This document shows, one piece after another, positions 22,057 through 33,367 of a stretch of DNA of 64,000 bases. Below the pieces are notes generated by a model. The model was not told the origin of the DNA. It saw only the letters and a program-made list of their open reading frames with translations, and did not search any database. The stretch is from Nitrospira sp. ST-bin4 (GTDB taxonomy: Bacteria > Nitrospirota > Nitrospiria > Nitrospirales > Nitrospiraceae). A program made the translations under genes and the position numbers. The stretch covers positions 956-64,955 of the forward strand of contig MSXM01000012.1 of the NCBI GenBank assembly GCA_002083565.1, written 5' to 3'. How positions within the stretch are numbered: position 1 is the stretch's first letter; each line of letters begins with the position of its first letter.

Positions 22057-22715
22057 ATATGGAGCTGCCATCGGTCAATCTGGACTCGCTACGCAATGTT
22101 CCCGCCCCGCAGAAGGTGGCGCTCCTGTTTCTGCTTGTCGGCGGTCTCGTCGCCGCATTTTATTTTTATATTGCTGAACCCAAAGCAGCGGAGATTGCGG
22201 CCTTAGAAGCTGAAAATAGCAGGTTGGAGAGCGAAGTTCAAACGCTCAGCATCAAAGTCAAACATCTGGATGAGATCATCGCTGCGAGTAAGCAGCTCGA
22301 AATTGAGTTGGCAAAGAAGAAGGAGCGCCTCCCTCCGGAGGAGGAAGCCATTATGCTGCTCAAGCAAGTGTCTGATCTTGGTGTCCGGTTAGGGCTCGAT
22401 ATCAGATTGTGGAAGCCAGGGGCCCCGGCTGAGGATCCGTCGAAGCTCTTTGTGAAAATGCCCGTGAATGTCGAGGTGTCCGGGGTCTATCACACGGCCG
22501 CGCTGTTTTTCGACCGCATTAACAGGCTGCCAAGGATCATTACGGTGTCCGGTCTGAAAATGGGATCACCGAAGGTTGATCAAGGGCGGATAGTTTCACA
22601 AACAACGTTTGACTTAGTCGCGTATGCTGCGCCACAGGAAAAACCCGCTGTTGCAGCACCAGTTGCAGGGGCCAAGCCCGTTCAGCCTGCTCAGCCCGCT
22701 CCAGCTGGAAAATAA
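22053..22715 (+). CDS. pilO: type IV pilus assembly protein PilO
   Basis: TM plus coiled coil, LPPEEE..LL, G.YH...FFDRI..LPRII. Confidence 0.93.
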   Translation: MNMELPSVNLDSLRNVPAPQKVALLFLLVGGLVAAFYFYIAEPKAAEIAALEAENSRLESEVQTLSIKVKHLDEIIAASKQLEIELAKKKERLPPEEEAIMLLKQVSDLGVRLGLDIRLWKPGAPAEDPSKLFVKMPVNVEVSGVYHTAALFFDRINRLPRIITVSGLKMGSPKVDQGRIVSQTTFDLVAYAAPQEKPAVAAPVAGAKPVQPAQPAPAGK

Positions 22716-22733
22716 GGGAGATTCGAAGGGCAC

Positions 22734-23360
22734 ATGGATAGTCTAAAAAACAAGAGGTGGGACGGGCATCGGTATGCGGTCGCTAGAGGTACAGCGGCTT
22801 TCCTTGGCATTGTTGCTCTTGTTTGTCTCCATAACGTCGTTGCTCAAGCAGATCCTCTTGTTGCGCAGATGAGTCCGATGAGACAGGAATCGATTAAGAT
22901 GTCATCTGTCCCGGACGTTCCGAAGGCGCCTATTTCAGCTGCTGATCCGCTACCATCCGGAGAGTTGGCGCAGATGTCGCCCCAGGCGCCGTTTCCCGAC
23001 GGTGCAGTTGGGTCCGGTTATGATCCATCCGGGCGCCGCGACCCATTTGCCCCAGTCATACAGGATCTTCAGCTGGGTAGGGTCGATGTGAATCTTCCCC
23101 CGCTCCAACGTGTGACATTAACCGAGCTCAATCTGATCGCCATTGTATGGGGGGCCTATGGGTACACGGCCATGGTTCAGACGCCTGAAGGGCATGGATA
23201 TACGGTCAAGCGGGGGACAAGAGTCGGGCAGAACAACGGAGTGGTCAGTGCAATTACTGAGCGAGGCATCATTGTACAGGAGCGATTCACCGATGTGTAT
23301 GGCAAGAAGCAGGAGCGTGAGTATGTCAAGCTCCTCCATCCGAAAGAAGGCTCAGAATGA
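22734..23360 (+). CDS. pilP: type IV pilus assembly protein PilP
   Basis: RRDPF, PLQ...L.EL.LIAIVW, AMVQTPEG, G.RVGQNNG. Confidence 0.92.
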   Translation: MDSLKNKRWDGHRYAVARGTAAFLGIVALVCLHNVVAQADPLVAQMSPMRQESIKMSSVPDVPKAPISAADPLPSGELAQMSPQAPFPDGAVGSGYDPSGRRDPFAPVIQDLQLGRVDVNLPPLQRVTLTELNLIAIVWGAYGYTAMVQTPEGHGYTVKRGTRVGQNNGVVSAITERGIIVQERFTDVYGKKQEREYVKLLHPKEGSE

Positions 23361-25330
23361 AACCATTATTGTCTAGCATGTGTGGTTTGATGACGGCGAG
23401 GCGGTTCATCGGAGCCTTGGGGGTATCCCTCATTGCTTTGGGAGCGCATGCCGGGATGGTTCCACTTGACGATGAAGCCGGTGAGTCCGGCAAGAGCGGT
23501 CTCGCAGAAGTCGAGGAAGGTATCGGCTCGCTGCCGGCTCAATCGGTGACCAATATCGAGGTACATCCGGAGGGAGATCGGATCACGGTGGCAATCGTCG
23601 GAGACGGAACATTCTTTCCCGATGCGAAGTTGCTGGATGAGTCCCGGTTAGTCATTGATATGCCGGCTGTGTCCTCCGCATTCCGGCAGTCGACCGTGCA
23701 GGGGCAGCACCAGTTGCTCAAAACAATCAGGGTAGGGAATCACGCCGATAGGGTTCGGCTCGTATTTGACCTGCTTGAACAGCCCGCTTTTTCTGTCGAA
23801 ACACAGGGCAATAAAGTCCTCGTGGTACTCAGTCCGAAAGAGTCCCAGGGTTCCCACAGTGAGGTATCGCAGCCGGCCAAGGTCTCACGGCCGGCACTTC
23901 AGGAGCGTAAGGTGCTGTTTGACTCGGGACCTCGGACCGTGAAAAAGATTGCCCGAATCATCGGCCCCGCACAGTCTCCGTTTAGGGTCCAGCCGGTACA
24001 AATGGCAACGGAGAGTGCTCCAGATCAAAAGGATAACCGGTCGGATGACATTATCGCGGGGCAGACTCGGTTTGTTGGGCGACGCATCTCACTCGATTTT
24101 CAGCAAGCGGACATCACGAATATTTTACGACTGATTGCCGACGTCAGTGGTTTCAATATCGTCGTTGGCGAGGGTGTCAAATCCAAAGTCACCATGAAAC
24201 TTGTGAACGTGCCCTGGGATCAGGCCTTGGACATGCTCTTGAAGATGAATGGGCTTGGGATGATTCGTCAGGGATCAATTGTCTGGGTGGACACGCTGTC
24301 GAATCTTGCCAAGCAACAAGATGACGAAGCAAGAGCCAAAGACGCCAAGGTGAAGGCCGAAGAATTAGTCGACCGGGTCTTTTACATCAAGAATATCCAA
24401 GCCCAAGAGCTCATGACGTCGTTGCGCCAATATTTGAGCCCGCGCGGCGTGATGCAATTTAATGCGGGAAGCAACGCGCTGATCGTGAGAGAGACGGAGA
24501 GTAAATTGGCAGTCGTGAGGCAGCTGGTCGAGGGGCTCGATTTGGAAGTGCCGCAAGTCCAGATTGAAGCGCGCATCGTTCAGGCGGATACCGTCTATGC
24601 TAGAGGATTGGGGATTCAGTGGGGCTTCCAGGCTGCGAACAGAACGCCTTCGACATTCAACGCCATCGGTGGCCTCAACGGTCCGTTCGGTGAAGTTGCC
24701 GGCACAGGGAATAGTACGATATCCAGAAGCTGGCTGGTGAATTTGCCGGCCCAGGTCGGTGGGTTGCCCGCGGTCCCTGGCATAGGCTGGACGTTTGGAA
24801 AGCTGGGTGGAGATTTTGCTTTGGATATGAGGTTGTCTGCCGGAGAGTTGTTGGGTCTGACGAAAGTTATCGCTGCCCCCAAAATCATGACGCTGGATAA
24901 GCGCGAAGCAAAGATCTCTCAGGGCGAATCGATTCCATTTCAAACCACTTCGTTACAGGGAACGCAGACAACGTTTGTGGATGCCAATTTGGAACTGAAC
25001 GTGACACCTCAAATCACATCGCGCGATCCGAAGGAGGATGCCAAGAGAATTCTGCTGAAGGTGCGGGCGACTCGGAATGCCGTGGGTGCTCGCAGCAATC
25101 CGGCCGGTCCAAGCATTGATCGGCGCGAGGCAAATACTCAAGTGCTTGTTCGGGATGGAGAGACGATGGTGATCGGCGGGGTGTTCGTCGACACGCAGAA
25201 TAACAACGTTCAAGGAGTGCCGTATATGTCCCGCATCCCGGTTCTTGGCTGGTTATTCAAGAACAAGTCCGAGTCGGTCTCCAAGCAAGAGCTGCTCATT
25301 TTCTTAACGCCGAGCATTGTGAAGACATAG
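23357..25330 (+). CDS. pilQ: type IV pilus secretin PilQ
   Basis: AMIN-like N-domain, GRRISLDFQ, VPWDQALD, QVQIEARIV, IPVLGWLFK, ELLIFLTP. Confidence 0.97.
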   Translation: MKPLLSSMCGLMTARRFIGALGVSLIALGAHAGMVPLDDEAGESGKSGLAEVEEGIGSLPAQSVTNIEVHPEGDRITVAIVGDGTFFPDAKLLDESRLVIDMPAVSSAFRQSTVQGQHQLLKTIRVGNHADRVRLVFDLLEQPAFSVETQGNKVLVVLSPKESQGSHSEVSQPAKVSRPALQERKVLFDSGPRTVKKIARIIGPAQSPFRVQPVQMATESAPDQKDNRSDDIIAGQTRFVGRRISLDFQQADITNILRLIADVSGFNIVVGEGVKSKVTMKLVNVPWDQALDMLLKMNGLGMIRQGSIVWVDTLSNLAKQQDDEARAKDAKVKAEELVDRVFYIKNIQAQELMTSLRQYLSPRGVMQFNAGSNALIVRETESKLAVVRQLVEGLDLEVPQVQIEARIVQADTVYARGLGIQWGFQAANRTPSTFNAIGGLNGPFGEVAGTGNSTISRSWLVNLPAQVGGLPAVPGIGWTFGKLGGDFALDMRLSAGELLGLTKVIAAPKIMTLDKREAKISQGESIPFQTTSLQGTQTTFVDANLELNVTPQITSRDPKEDAKRILLKVRATRNAVGARSNPAGPSIDRREANTQVLVRDGETMVIGGVFVDTQNNNVQGVPYMSRIPVLGWLFKNKSESVSKQELLIFLTPSIVKT

Positions 25331-25371
25331 ACCGTAGTAGTTTCCAGTCAGATGTTCTGAAGTAAGAGAAT

Positions 25372-25415
25372 GTGCGTGGCGATGCTGATCAGCGTCGCCA
25401 CGCACGTTTGTTTTT
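25372..25415 (+). terminator. intrinsic terminator after pilQ
   Basis: GTGCGTGGCGATGCT / AGCGTCGCCACGCAC stem followed by GTTTGTTTTT. Confidence 0.85.
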
Positions 25416-25637
25416 AGCTGAAGGCGCCGCTCCGGGCGTGTGCAGAATAGCTCCTCATATCGATTTATCTATGATCAGTCCCGATTGCTCTTCCCGCCCC
25501 TTTACAGAGCGCCGTGTAATTCTTTTAGTTTGACGATGAGCTGTGCTACCATCCCCCCGCGTCTTGGCCTTCTTGTTTCAGAAGAATATGTGATGTGCCA
25601 TGACGATCCAATGAGTGCCATGGTGTAGGAATCGGCT

Positions 25638-26780
25638 ATGACATTGTCATCGATGGTATCGGTCTCGCTTGGTGAGCGGAGCTACAAGATTCTGATTCAA
25701 GCCGGTCTTTTGAGTCGGCTTGAAGGGAGGTTGAGCGAACTGGCGGTGAAGGGGAAAGTCGGTGTGGTGACGGATCGTCATGTGGCCGGTTACTATCTGA
25801 GCGGGATGCTGCAGCAGCTGAAGAAGTGCGGCGTCGATGCGGTTCCTATTGTCCTGCCTCCCGGTGAACGGTCGAAGAAACTGGATACGATCACGAACAT
25901 TCTTGATGTGATGGCGCGTCATCGGTTTGAGCGGTCGTCGTTTCTCTTTGCACTTGGGGGAGGTGTGGTCGGCGATATAGCAGGATTTGCGGCGGCGATC
26001 TATCAGCGCGGTATCCCATTCATTCAGATTCCAACTACCCTCATTGCCCAGTCTGATTCGAGCGTCGGGGGAAAGACGGGAGTCGATCATCGGCTGGGTA
26101 AGAATCTGATCGGGGCGTTCTATCAACCCAAGGAAGTATGGATTGATCCGCTGACGCTTCGGACTTTGCCGATACGCGAATGGGTTGCCGGGCTGGCGGA
26201 GGTCATCAAGTATGGCATTATCGCGGATGAGGAGTTTTTTTCATATCTTCAGCGGGAGATGCCCGGTTTGCTGAAACGAAAACCAGATATTGTTGCAGTG
26301 GCAGTGAAGCGGTCTTGCGAAATCAAAGCTCAAGTAGTTGCAGCAGATGAGCGGGAGTCTGACCGGCGGCGCATCCTCAATTATGGGCACACGATCGGGC
26401 ATGCGCTTGAAACGCTGGGGCGATACGAATCGCTCATTCACGGTGAGGCTGTCGGGATCGGGTTGGTTCAAGAAGCTGACGTCGCATGTTTTCTTGGGAC
26501 TTGTGATCGCAGTGTCGTGCAACGTATTCAAGCCCTTGTCCAGGCCGCCGGCCTGCCCGATCGCATGCCGCAGTGGACAGCAGCCAAAATCTGGAAGGCG
26601 ATGCTTCATGACAAGAAAGTGTCCGGAGGACAAGTTGTCGGTGTGTGGCCGGAACGGATCGGGCATGTTCGGATGATGCCGATCGATGAACCGACTTTTT
26701 GCCAATGGCATCAAACGCTGCCTAAGCCCAACTCCGGCAAGAGCCTCTCCCGCAAGAAGCCGGCCAAACAGAAACGGTAG
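25638..26780 (+). CDS. aroB: 3-dehydroquinate synthase
   Basis: ALGGGVVGD, DSSVGGKTG, KNLIGAFYQP, LNYGHTIGHA, HGEAV. Confidence 0.98.
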   Translation: MTLSSMVSVSLGERSYKILIQAGLLSRLEGRLSELAVKGKVGVVTDRHVAGYYLSGMLQQLKKCGVDAVPIVLPPGERSKKLDTITNILDVMARHRFERSSFLFALGGGVVGDIAGFAAAIYQRGIPFIQIPTTLIAQSDSSVGGKTGVDHRLGKNLIGAFYQPKEVWIDPLTLRTLPIREWVAGLAEVIKYGIIADEEFFSYLQREMPGLLKRKPDIVAVAVKRSCEIKAQVVAADERESDRRRILNYGHTIGHALETLGRYESLIHGEAVGIGLVQEADVACFLGTCDRSVVQRIQALVQAAGLPDRMPQWTAAKIWKAMLHDKKVSGGQVVGVWPERIGHVRMMPIDEPTFCQWHQTLPKPNSGKSLSRKKPAKQKR

Positions 26781-26789
26781 GCCTGTCTG

Positions 26790-28568
26790 ATGCGCATACT
26801 TCGGATTGCCATGGCACAGATTGATCCGACGGTCGGTGATATTTCCGGCAATATGCGGCTTGTCAAAGCGTGGATCAAGGAGGCGCGGAAGGCCGGCGCC
26901 GATCTGGTGGTGTTTCCTGAATTGACCGTGACCGGCTACCCTCCTGAAGATTTGCTTTTAAAGCCGCGGTTTGTCTCGGACAACCGGCGGGCGCTCGACG
27001 AGATCGCGAAAGAGTGTACGGGGCTTGTGGCCGTGATCGGGTATGTCGGCCAAGGCAGTGCAGGCAAAGGGAAGTCACAGACAGCGTGCACCGGCACCGT
27101 AGGCGGGCATGAACTATTTAATGCGGCGGCGGTCGTCGCAGGTCGGCGGGTCATCGCCCGATACAGCAAATGGATCCTGCCGAATTACGGAGTCTTCGAC
27201 GAAAGCCGGTATTTTCATCCCGGCCGCCACGTGGTACTGATGACGCTACGTGGTGTGGCAGTCGCTGTCAGCATTTGTGAAGACATCTGGTCGCCGGACG
27301 GGCCCACTTCCATGCAGGCGGCAGCGGGGGCGGAAGTGATCGTGAATATCAATGCGTCGCCGTTCCATATTGGGAAGAGCCGTGCGCGCGAACAGGTGCT
27401 GGCAACCAGGGCTCGGGAAAACGGAATCATTCTGACATATACCAACATGGTCGGGGGACAGGATGAATTGGTGTTTGACGGCAACAGCATGATCGTCAAC
27501 CAAACGGGTGATGTAATCGCCCGGGGCAAGGAATTTGCGGAGGATTTGATCCTCGCAGACCTTTCGGTGGATGCTGTTGCGCGAACTCGGATGGCGCAGG
27601 TGCGGAGAAAACGCTTCACGGCTGCCATGGCAGCTGCCGTCGAACGAGTGACTATTAAATCTCCCACGCGCCCGGCAAAGCGCTCGCACATGGTGCCGTC
27701 TCTGGAGGCGTTACTTGGGGATTCCGATGCCGTCTATCGCGCACTGGTATTGGGTGTGCAGGATTATATGCGGAAGAACGGATTTCGAAAGGTCGCGATC
27801 GGACTGAGTGGAGGAATCGATAGTGCGCTGACAGCGGTCGTTGCGGTTGATGCGCTGGGCCCTGATAATGTGCTGGGGATATTCATGCCGTCGCCGTATA
27901 CCTCAGCTGAGAGCGCGGAGGATGTAGAGGAGCTCAGCCATCGAATCGGCATCGAGTATCGGACTATCCCGATTACGCCGACGTTTGAATCCTACCGGAC
28001 TGCTCTGGCCCCGACATTTCATGGGAAGGCGGTCGATACGGCGGAGGAAAATCTGCAGGCCCGCATTCGCGGGAATATTTTGATGGCGTATTCGAACAAG
28101 TTCGGCCACCTTGTGTTGACGACCGGCAATAAGAGCGAAATGAGTGTCGGCTATGCCACGTTGTATGGCGATATGGCCGGCGGTTTTGCGGTGATCAAGG
28201 ACGTTCCGAAAACCATGGTGTATGAGTTGTCCCGGCTTCGGAATCTTCGAGGCCGTACGCATGTCATTCCGAAACGGATATTAGATCGGCCCCCTAGCGC
28301 CGAACTAAGACCCAATCAGAAGGACGAAGATTCCTTGCCGGCCTATGCCGTTCTCGACCCCATTCTTCAATTCTACGTGGAAGAGAACCGTTCGATCGAA
28401 GAAATCGTTGATGCAGGATTCGATCGTGCCACAGTAGCGCGAGTGGTGGCCATGGTGGATGGCAGTGAGTTCAAACGTCGCCAAGCGCCTATCGGCATCA
28501 AAGTCACACATCGGGCGTTCGGCAAGGATTGTCGAATGCCGATCACCAACGGGTATCGCAATTCGTAG
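26790..28568 (+). CDS. nadE: glutamine-dependent NAD+ synthetase
   Basis: Nitrilase domain (FPEL, LPNYGVFDE, ICED) plus synthetase domain (GLSGGIDS, ENLQARIRG, TGNKSE, EFKRRQAP). Confidence 0.97.
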   Translation: MRILRIAMAQIDPTVGDISGNMRLVKAWIKEARKAGADLVVFPELTVTGYPPEDLLLKPRFVSDNRRALDEIAKECTGLVAVIGYVGQGSAGKGKSQTACTGTVGGHELFNAAAVVAGRRVIARYSKWILPNYGVFDESRYFHPGRHVVLMTLRGVAVAVSICEDIWSPDGPTSMQAAAGAEVIVNINASPFHIGKSRAREQVLATRARENGIILTYTNMVGGQDELVFDGNSMIVNQTGDVIARGKEFAEDLILADLSVDAVARTRMAQVRRKRFTAAMAAAVERVTIKSPTRPAKRSHMVPSLEALLGDSDAVYRALVLGVQDYMRKNGFRKVAIGLSGGIDSALTAVVAVDALGPDNVLGIFMPSPYTSAESAEDVEELSHRIGIEYRTIPITPTFESYRTALAPTFHGKAVDTAEENLQARIRGNILMAYSNKFGHLVLTTGNKSEMSVGYATLYGDMAGGFAVIKDVPKTMVYELSRLRNLRGRTHVIPKRILDRPPSAELRPNQKDEDSLPAYAVLDPILQFYVEENRSIEEIVDAGFDRATVARVVAMVDGSEFKRRQAPIGIKVTHRAFGKDCRMPITNGYRNS

Positions 28569-28843
28569 CTGATTGGGACGACCGCTCGCCGGATTTGGCT
28601 TCTCTCTCGCCTGCACTGGTCGGTTCTCTTAGTCGTTCTCGGCGAAATTGCAGGAAGTTTACGTTTTTCAGCGTTGTGCCGAATGAGAGGATTGGGCTAT
28701 GATGCCTCCTTCGATCTCAGGGACATCGAGATCGGCATCTTCGTGGCGTGCCCGGTTATCGAGCATGAGGGTTGTTTCCGATAGCGCCTGTAATCGCAGC
28801 CGTCTCGCGTTATTTCTCCTGGCAGGGTGCTAGGTTATGCTGA

Positions 28844-29218
<375 letters not shown>

Positions 29219-29409
29219 CGAGGCCTGAGAATCCAACAGCACCCTGTCGTGTTGGAATCGAGAACGACCGCCCATAATGCAGTATCGCATGGATTGAGAA
29301 TTGAAATGGGTGCCGGATCAGATAGCAGGTGGGACATGTTTTCAGCCAGAGGCAGCATGGGCCGAAAGGCGGGCCGGTCATTGCGGATGAGCTCTGAAAG
29401 GAGGAGGGG

Positions 29410-30819
29410 ATGAACGTGCGAGAAGTGTTGGAGTTTGCCAAGAAGCACAGGGTCCAGATGGTGGACCTGAAGTTCGTGGACCTGCCGGGAGTGTGGCAGC
29501 ACATGACCATCCCTGTGAGCGAACTGACGGAAGATCTGTTCAAGGACGGCTCCGGCCTCGACGGGTCCTCCATTCGTGGCTGGAAGGCGATCAACAACAG
29601 TGATCTGCTGATGGTCCCCGATCCCGCGACGGCCTGTCTGGATCCCTTCACGGCAGTGCCGACGCTCAGCCTTACCGGCAATGTGGTGGACCCTATCTCA
29701 CGCGAGAATTATGAGCGTGACCCCAGGTTTATTGCCCAGAAGGCGGAGAAGTATCTTCAAAGCACCAAGATCGGTGATGCATCTTTTTGGGGGCCTGAAG
29801 CCGAATTCTTCATCTTCGACCATGCCCGCTACGATCAGACCAGCAACAGCGGGTACTACTTTCTCGATTCCGAGGAAGGCGCATGGAACATGGGGCAGGA
29901 GGGATTCAATTTGGGCGGCAAGCTCCGCCACAAGCAAGGCTACTTCCCTGTGGCTCCTGCGGATACGCAACAGGACATCCGCAGCGAAATGGTCGTCGAG
30001 ATGGAAAAGGTAGGCATCGTTGTTGAGAAGCATCATCACGAAACGGCATCGGCCGGCCAGGCTGAGATCGATATTCGGTTCGATTCGCTGGTGAAGACGG
30101 CGGACAAAATGATGATGTACAAATACATCGTCAAGAATGTGGCCCGCCGGCATGGCAAAACCGCGACATTCATGCCGAAGCCGCTGTTCGGCGACGCCGG
30201 TTCCGGCATGCACACTCATCAGAGTATCTGGAAAGAAGGGAAGCCCTTGTTCGCCGGTAAGGATTATGCGGGTGTGTCACAGATGTGTTTGCATTACATC
30301 GGTGGGATTCTCAAGCATGCGCCGGCGCTGGCGGCCTTTACCAATCCGACGACCAATTCATACAAGCGGATCACGCCGGGATTCGAAGCGCCGGTGTTGC
30401 TCGCCTATTCCAGCCGAAATCGGTCGGCGGGGATCCGTATTCCGATGTATTCGCCCAGTCCGAAGGCCAAACGGATTGAAGTGCGGTTTCCTGACCCTGC
30501 CTGCAATCCCTATTTGGCATTCGCCGCGATGCTCATGGCCGGCCTCGACGGGATTCAGAATAAGATTGATCCGGGCGAACCTGCCGAAAAAGATCTGTAC
30601 GATCTTGATCCCAAAGAGGCGGCCAACATCAGAACGATGCCCGGGAGTCTTAATGAAGCGATCGACAGCTTGGAAAAAGATCATCAGTTTCTCCTTAAGG
30701 GAGAGGTCTTTACAGAGGATTTGATCGAAGCCTGGATTGGCTATAAGAGAAATAAAGAGATCGATCCGATGCGGCTTCGTCCGCACCCCTACGAGTTTTT
30801 CCTCTATTACGATGTCTAG
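29410..30819 (+). CDS. glnA: glutamine synthetase type I
   Basis: [39 protein letters not shown]; adenylylation loop KDLYDL. Confidence 0.99.
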   Translation: MNVREVLEFAKKHRVQMVDLKFVDLPGVWQHMTIPVSELTEDLFKDGSGLDGSSIRGWKAINNSDLLMVPDPATACLDPFTAVPTLSLTGNVVDPISRENYERDPRFIAQKAEKYLQSTKIGDASFWGPEAEFFIFDHARYDQTSNSGYYFLDSEEGAWNMGQEGFNLGGKLRHKQGYFPVAPADTQQDIRSEMVVEMEKVGIVVEKHHHETASAGQAEIDIRFDSLVKTADKMMMYKYIVKNVARRHGKTATFMPKPLFGDAGSGMHTHQSIWKEGKPLFAGKDYAGVSQMCLHYIGGILKHAPALAAFTNPTTNSYKRITPGFEAPVLLAYSSRNRSAGIRIPMYSPSPKAKRIEVRFPDPACNPYLAFAAMLMAGLDGIQNKIDPGEPAEKDLYDLDPKEAANIRTMPGSLNEAIDSLEKDHQFLLKGEVFTEDLIEAWIGYKRNKEIDPMRLRPHPYEFFLYYDV

Positions 30820-30834
30820 CTAAGAAGAGAGAGG

Positions 30835-30868
30835 ACCGGCACAGCCAAGATCATTCGGCTGTGCCGGT
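30835..30868 (+). terminator. hairpin after glnA
   Basis: 12-bp stem ACCGGCACAGCC / GGCTGTGCCGGT followed by TGTTG. Confidence 0.7.
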
Positions 30869-31136
30869 TGTTGAGAAGTTCGCGACCGTCGATGATTGCC
30901 CCTACTTTGCCGGGTATCGGGTTTTCGATTCAAGTCCATAGGTGATGTCGGTTCCACCTGCCCCTAGCCACGGCATGGTGGTGCCTGGCGGTCTGTTCTC
31001 CGCAGACGCGTATAGTACCTATTTCCCACACAGTGCAGTGCCGTCCGCCCCTATTTTCATGCAAGGTTAGAGATGGCCTGTACCATACGGACCATTCTGT
31101 TGGGGGTAACCTTCTCTTTCTACATGGGAATGATGG

Positions 31137-31191
31137 TAAGTGATTGAAATTGCGAGAGAGTTAATCGGCTCTGTAGGGCCTCATTTTTGCT
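31137..31191 (+). promoter_or_regulatory. candidate sigma-54 promoter with upstream IHF-like site
   Basis: GG(31177)-N10-GC(31189) in GGGCCTCATTTTTGCT; TAAGTGATTGAAA (31137-31149) matches the IHF consensus WATCAANNNNTTR on the minus strand with 1 mismatch. Confidence 0.45.
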
Positions 31192-31250
31192 CAACAGGCT
31201 ACCTTGGCTGCCTGTGACAATATGCGGACTTAACATGCGGAGGAATTGGC

Positions 31251-32189
31251 ATGGATCAACGGAAGTCCTCAGTCGAATGCTATGAACGAGGGTTGGTGCT
31301 CAAGCGGATAGGAATGTGTCATGAGGCGATTGAGAATTTTAAAAAAGCTGCCCTGAATCCAGAGTATGCCGGGAGAGCGCATGTGCATATAGCCTTGTGT
31401 TTGAAGGCCGATGGCAACCAGGAGGAAGCGGTTGTGGCATTCCGGAAGGCATTTGCCTCGCCCTCATTGTCATCCGAAGAACGACGGCACATTCTCTATC
31501 ACATCGGCCAGACGCTGGAATCGTTAGGCCGATATGCGGAAAGTCTTGAGGCGTATGGCAAGTTGAGAAACGAGGATCCTGAGTTCCGTGATGTGACACA
31601 AAAGATCAAACGGCTGTGCGACGGCGGGCGTCGGACACTTTCAGAGTCTGAAACGTCGTGGCAGTCCTGGATGGATGAGGCGCGAACATTGACGCCAACC
31701 GTTCTGGCCTTGCTGGAACAGACGGGACAATGGTTAGGCCGGCAGGCGGAAACTCTTAAAGGACATCGCTGGTTCGAGAAAGGGAATTCCGCTTCTCCGG
31801 ATAGGGGAGGCCAGGACCCCTATTCGATCGCAATGGCCAAGCGACGGAATCAGTCGGCTGGACGGGATCGCATGGTCAACACACGCCGGCATGCCCGTGT
31901 GCCGGTACGTTTGCGAAGCCAGTTTTCAGCGGACGGCCGGACCGTGGGAGGCGAGGGAGAACTGCGTGATCTCTCTCCATGGGGTTGCCGCATGACGAGT
32001 ACGGTGGCTGTCCCTATTGGAGCAGACTTGAAGTGCCGTATTTTCCCAAAGGGGGCAGGATCTCCCTTCGTTATTGATGGAGCAACCGTGCGCTGGATCA
32101 GCCGTGAGGAGTTCGGCCTTGCCTTCACCAAGATGCATCCCGGGGTACAGCAGCAAATCGAGCAACTGTGCAGTGCCCAGGCTGCGTGA
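31251..32189 (+). CDS. TPR-repeat protein with a C-terminal PilZ domain
   Basis: N-terminal TPR patterns (YERG...AIENFKKA, LYHIGQTLESLG); C-terminal RRHAR and DLSPWG c-di-GMP motifs. Confidence 0.85.
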   Translation: MDQRKSSVECYERGLVLKRIGMCHEAIENFKKAALNPEYAGRAHVHIALCLKADGNQEEAVVAFRKAFASPSLSSEERRHILYHIGQTLESLGRYAESLEAYGKLRNEDPEFRDVTQKIKRLCDGGRRTLSESETSWQSWMDEARTLTPTVLALLEQTGQWLGRQAETLKGHRWFEKGNSASPDRGGQDPYSIAMAKRRNQSAGRDRMVNTRRHARVPVRLRSQFSADGRTVGGEGELRDLSPWGCRMTSTVAVPIGADLKCRIFPKGAGSPFVIDGATVRWISREEFGLAFTKMHPGVQQQIEQLCSAQAA

Positions 32190-32255
32190 AGTGCGAAAAG
32201 TGAGGCGTGAGAGGTCAGGGGTTAGGTGTAACGGGTGAGGCGTAGAATGTGGGAC
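32186..32255 (+). repeat. degenerate period-7 array (GTGAGGC family)
   Basis: gtgaagt gcgaaaa gtgaggc gtgagag gtcaggg gttaggt gtaacgg gtgaggc gtagaat gtgggac. Confidence 0.75.
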
Positions 32256-32293
32256 GGGTAGAGCAGAGCAGGTAGCGACGGCTTTATCGGGAA

Positions 32294-33367
32294 TCAATTT
32301 GCAGCCAGAGCCGGATAGTCGCTGTAGCCGTCGGGTCCGCCTCCATACAGGCGATCGTAGTTAACCTCGTTGAGCGGGACTTGTTTCACGAAACGGTCGA
32401 CCAAATCTGGGTTGGCGATGTACGGACGCCCGTACACAATCGCATCAGCCGCTCCGCAAGCTACCGTCGACTCACCGCTCTCACGTGTATAGCTTCCGTT
32501 GCTCATCAACACACCCTGGAAATTCCGGCGGGCGACCGCCAGGATGGCTTGCTCCTCGGGCAAGGCATGGTTCTCGTGCCGTATTTCAAGGAACGCGATC
32601 CCTCTCCTGCTCAATTCCCTCGCCACATAGGTCACCAACGCGGTTGGTTGACTATCGACCATGTCATTGAACGGGACCAGGGGCGAGATTCGCACCGCGA
32701 CGCGTCCAGCGCCCCACACGCGGACGGCCGCATCAGTCACCTCCAGCAAAAAACGAGCACGATTTTCGATGGAGCCGCCATAGACATCCGTGCGTGCGTT
32801 GACGCCGTCGCGCAGGAAGTTATCAATCAAATAGCCATGGGCGCCGTGGATCTGCACTCCATCGAAGCCGGCCCGGTGAGCGTTGTGCGCGGCGAGCCGG
32901 AACCTCTCCACATACCGCGGGACCTCCTCGGTGCCGAGCGCGCGCGGGACTTCGTAGGGTTTGGCCCCCTCCGGGGTAGAAGTCACGCTATGACGAATCG
33001 CCACGGCGCTACTGGAGACCGGCTGTTCGCCGTCGTTCAATAACGAGTGCGCGGCACGGCCGGGATGCCAGATCTGCATGAAGATGCGGCCACCCTTGGC
33101 ATGCACGGCGTCCGTTACTCGTTGCCATCCGGCCACATGGGCAGGGCTGTAAATGCCGCCCTCTCCCATGAAGGCGCAGGCGTGGGCGTCGATCATGGTG
33201 CATTCCGTCATCATGAGCCCGCTCGATGCACGTTGGGAGTAATAGTCCACCATCATGTCGTTAGGGATGTGAGAAGCCCCGGCCCGCACACGGGTGAGGG
33301 GCGCCATGACGATGCGGTTGGGTAAGAGGATGTCCCCGGCTTGGAGGGGCGTCAACAACGTGGGCAT
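32294..33367 (-). CDS. alkene reductase, old yellow enzyme family (NemA/XenB-like)
   Basis: NRIVMAPLTR, QIWHPGR, GFDGVQIHGAHGYL, YGGSIENRARF, YGRPYIANPDL; ATG 33367 after AAAGGAG. Confidence 0.95.
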   Translation of the reverse strand: MPTLLTPLQAGDILLPNRIVMAPLTRVRAGASHIPNDMMVDYYSQRASSGLMMTECTMIDAHACAFMGEGGIYSPAHVAGWQRVTDAVHAKGGRIFMQIWHPGRAAHSLLNDGEQPVSSSAVAIRHSVTSTPEGAKPYEVPRALGTEEVPRYVERFRLAAHNAHRAGFDGVQIHGAHGYLIDNFLRDGVNARTDVYGGSIENRARFLLEVTDAAVRVWGAGRVAVRISPLVPFNDMVDSQPTALVTYVARELSRRGIAFLEIRHENHALPEEQAILAVARRNFQGVLMSNGSYTRESGESTVACGAADAIVYGRPYIANPDLVDRFVKQVPLNEVNYDRLYGGGPDGYSDYPALAAN

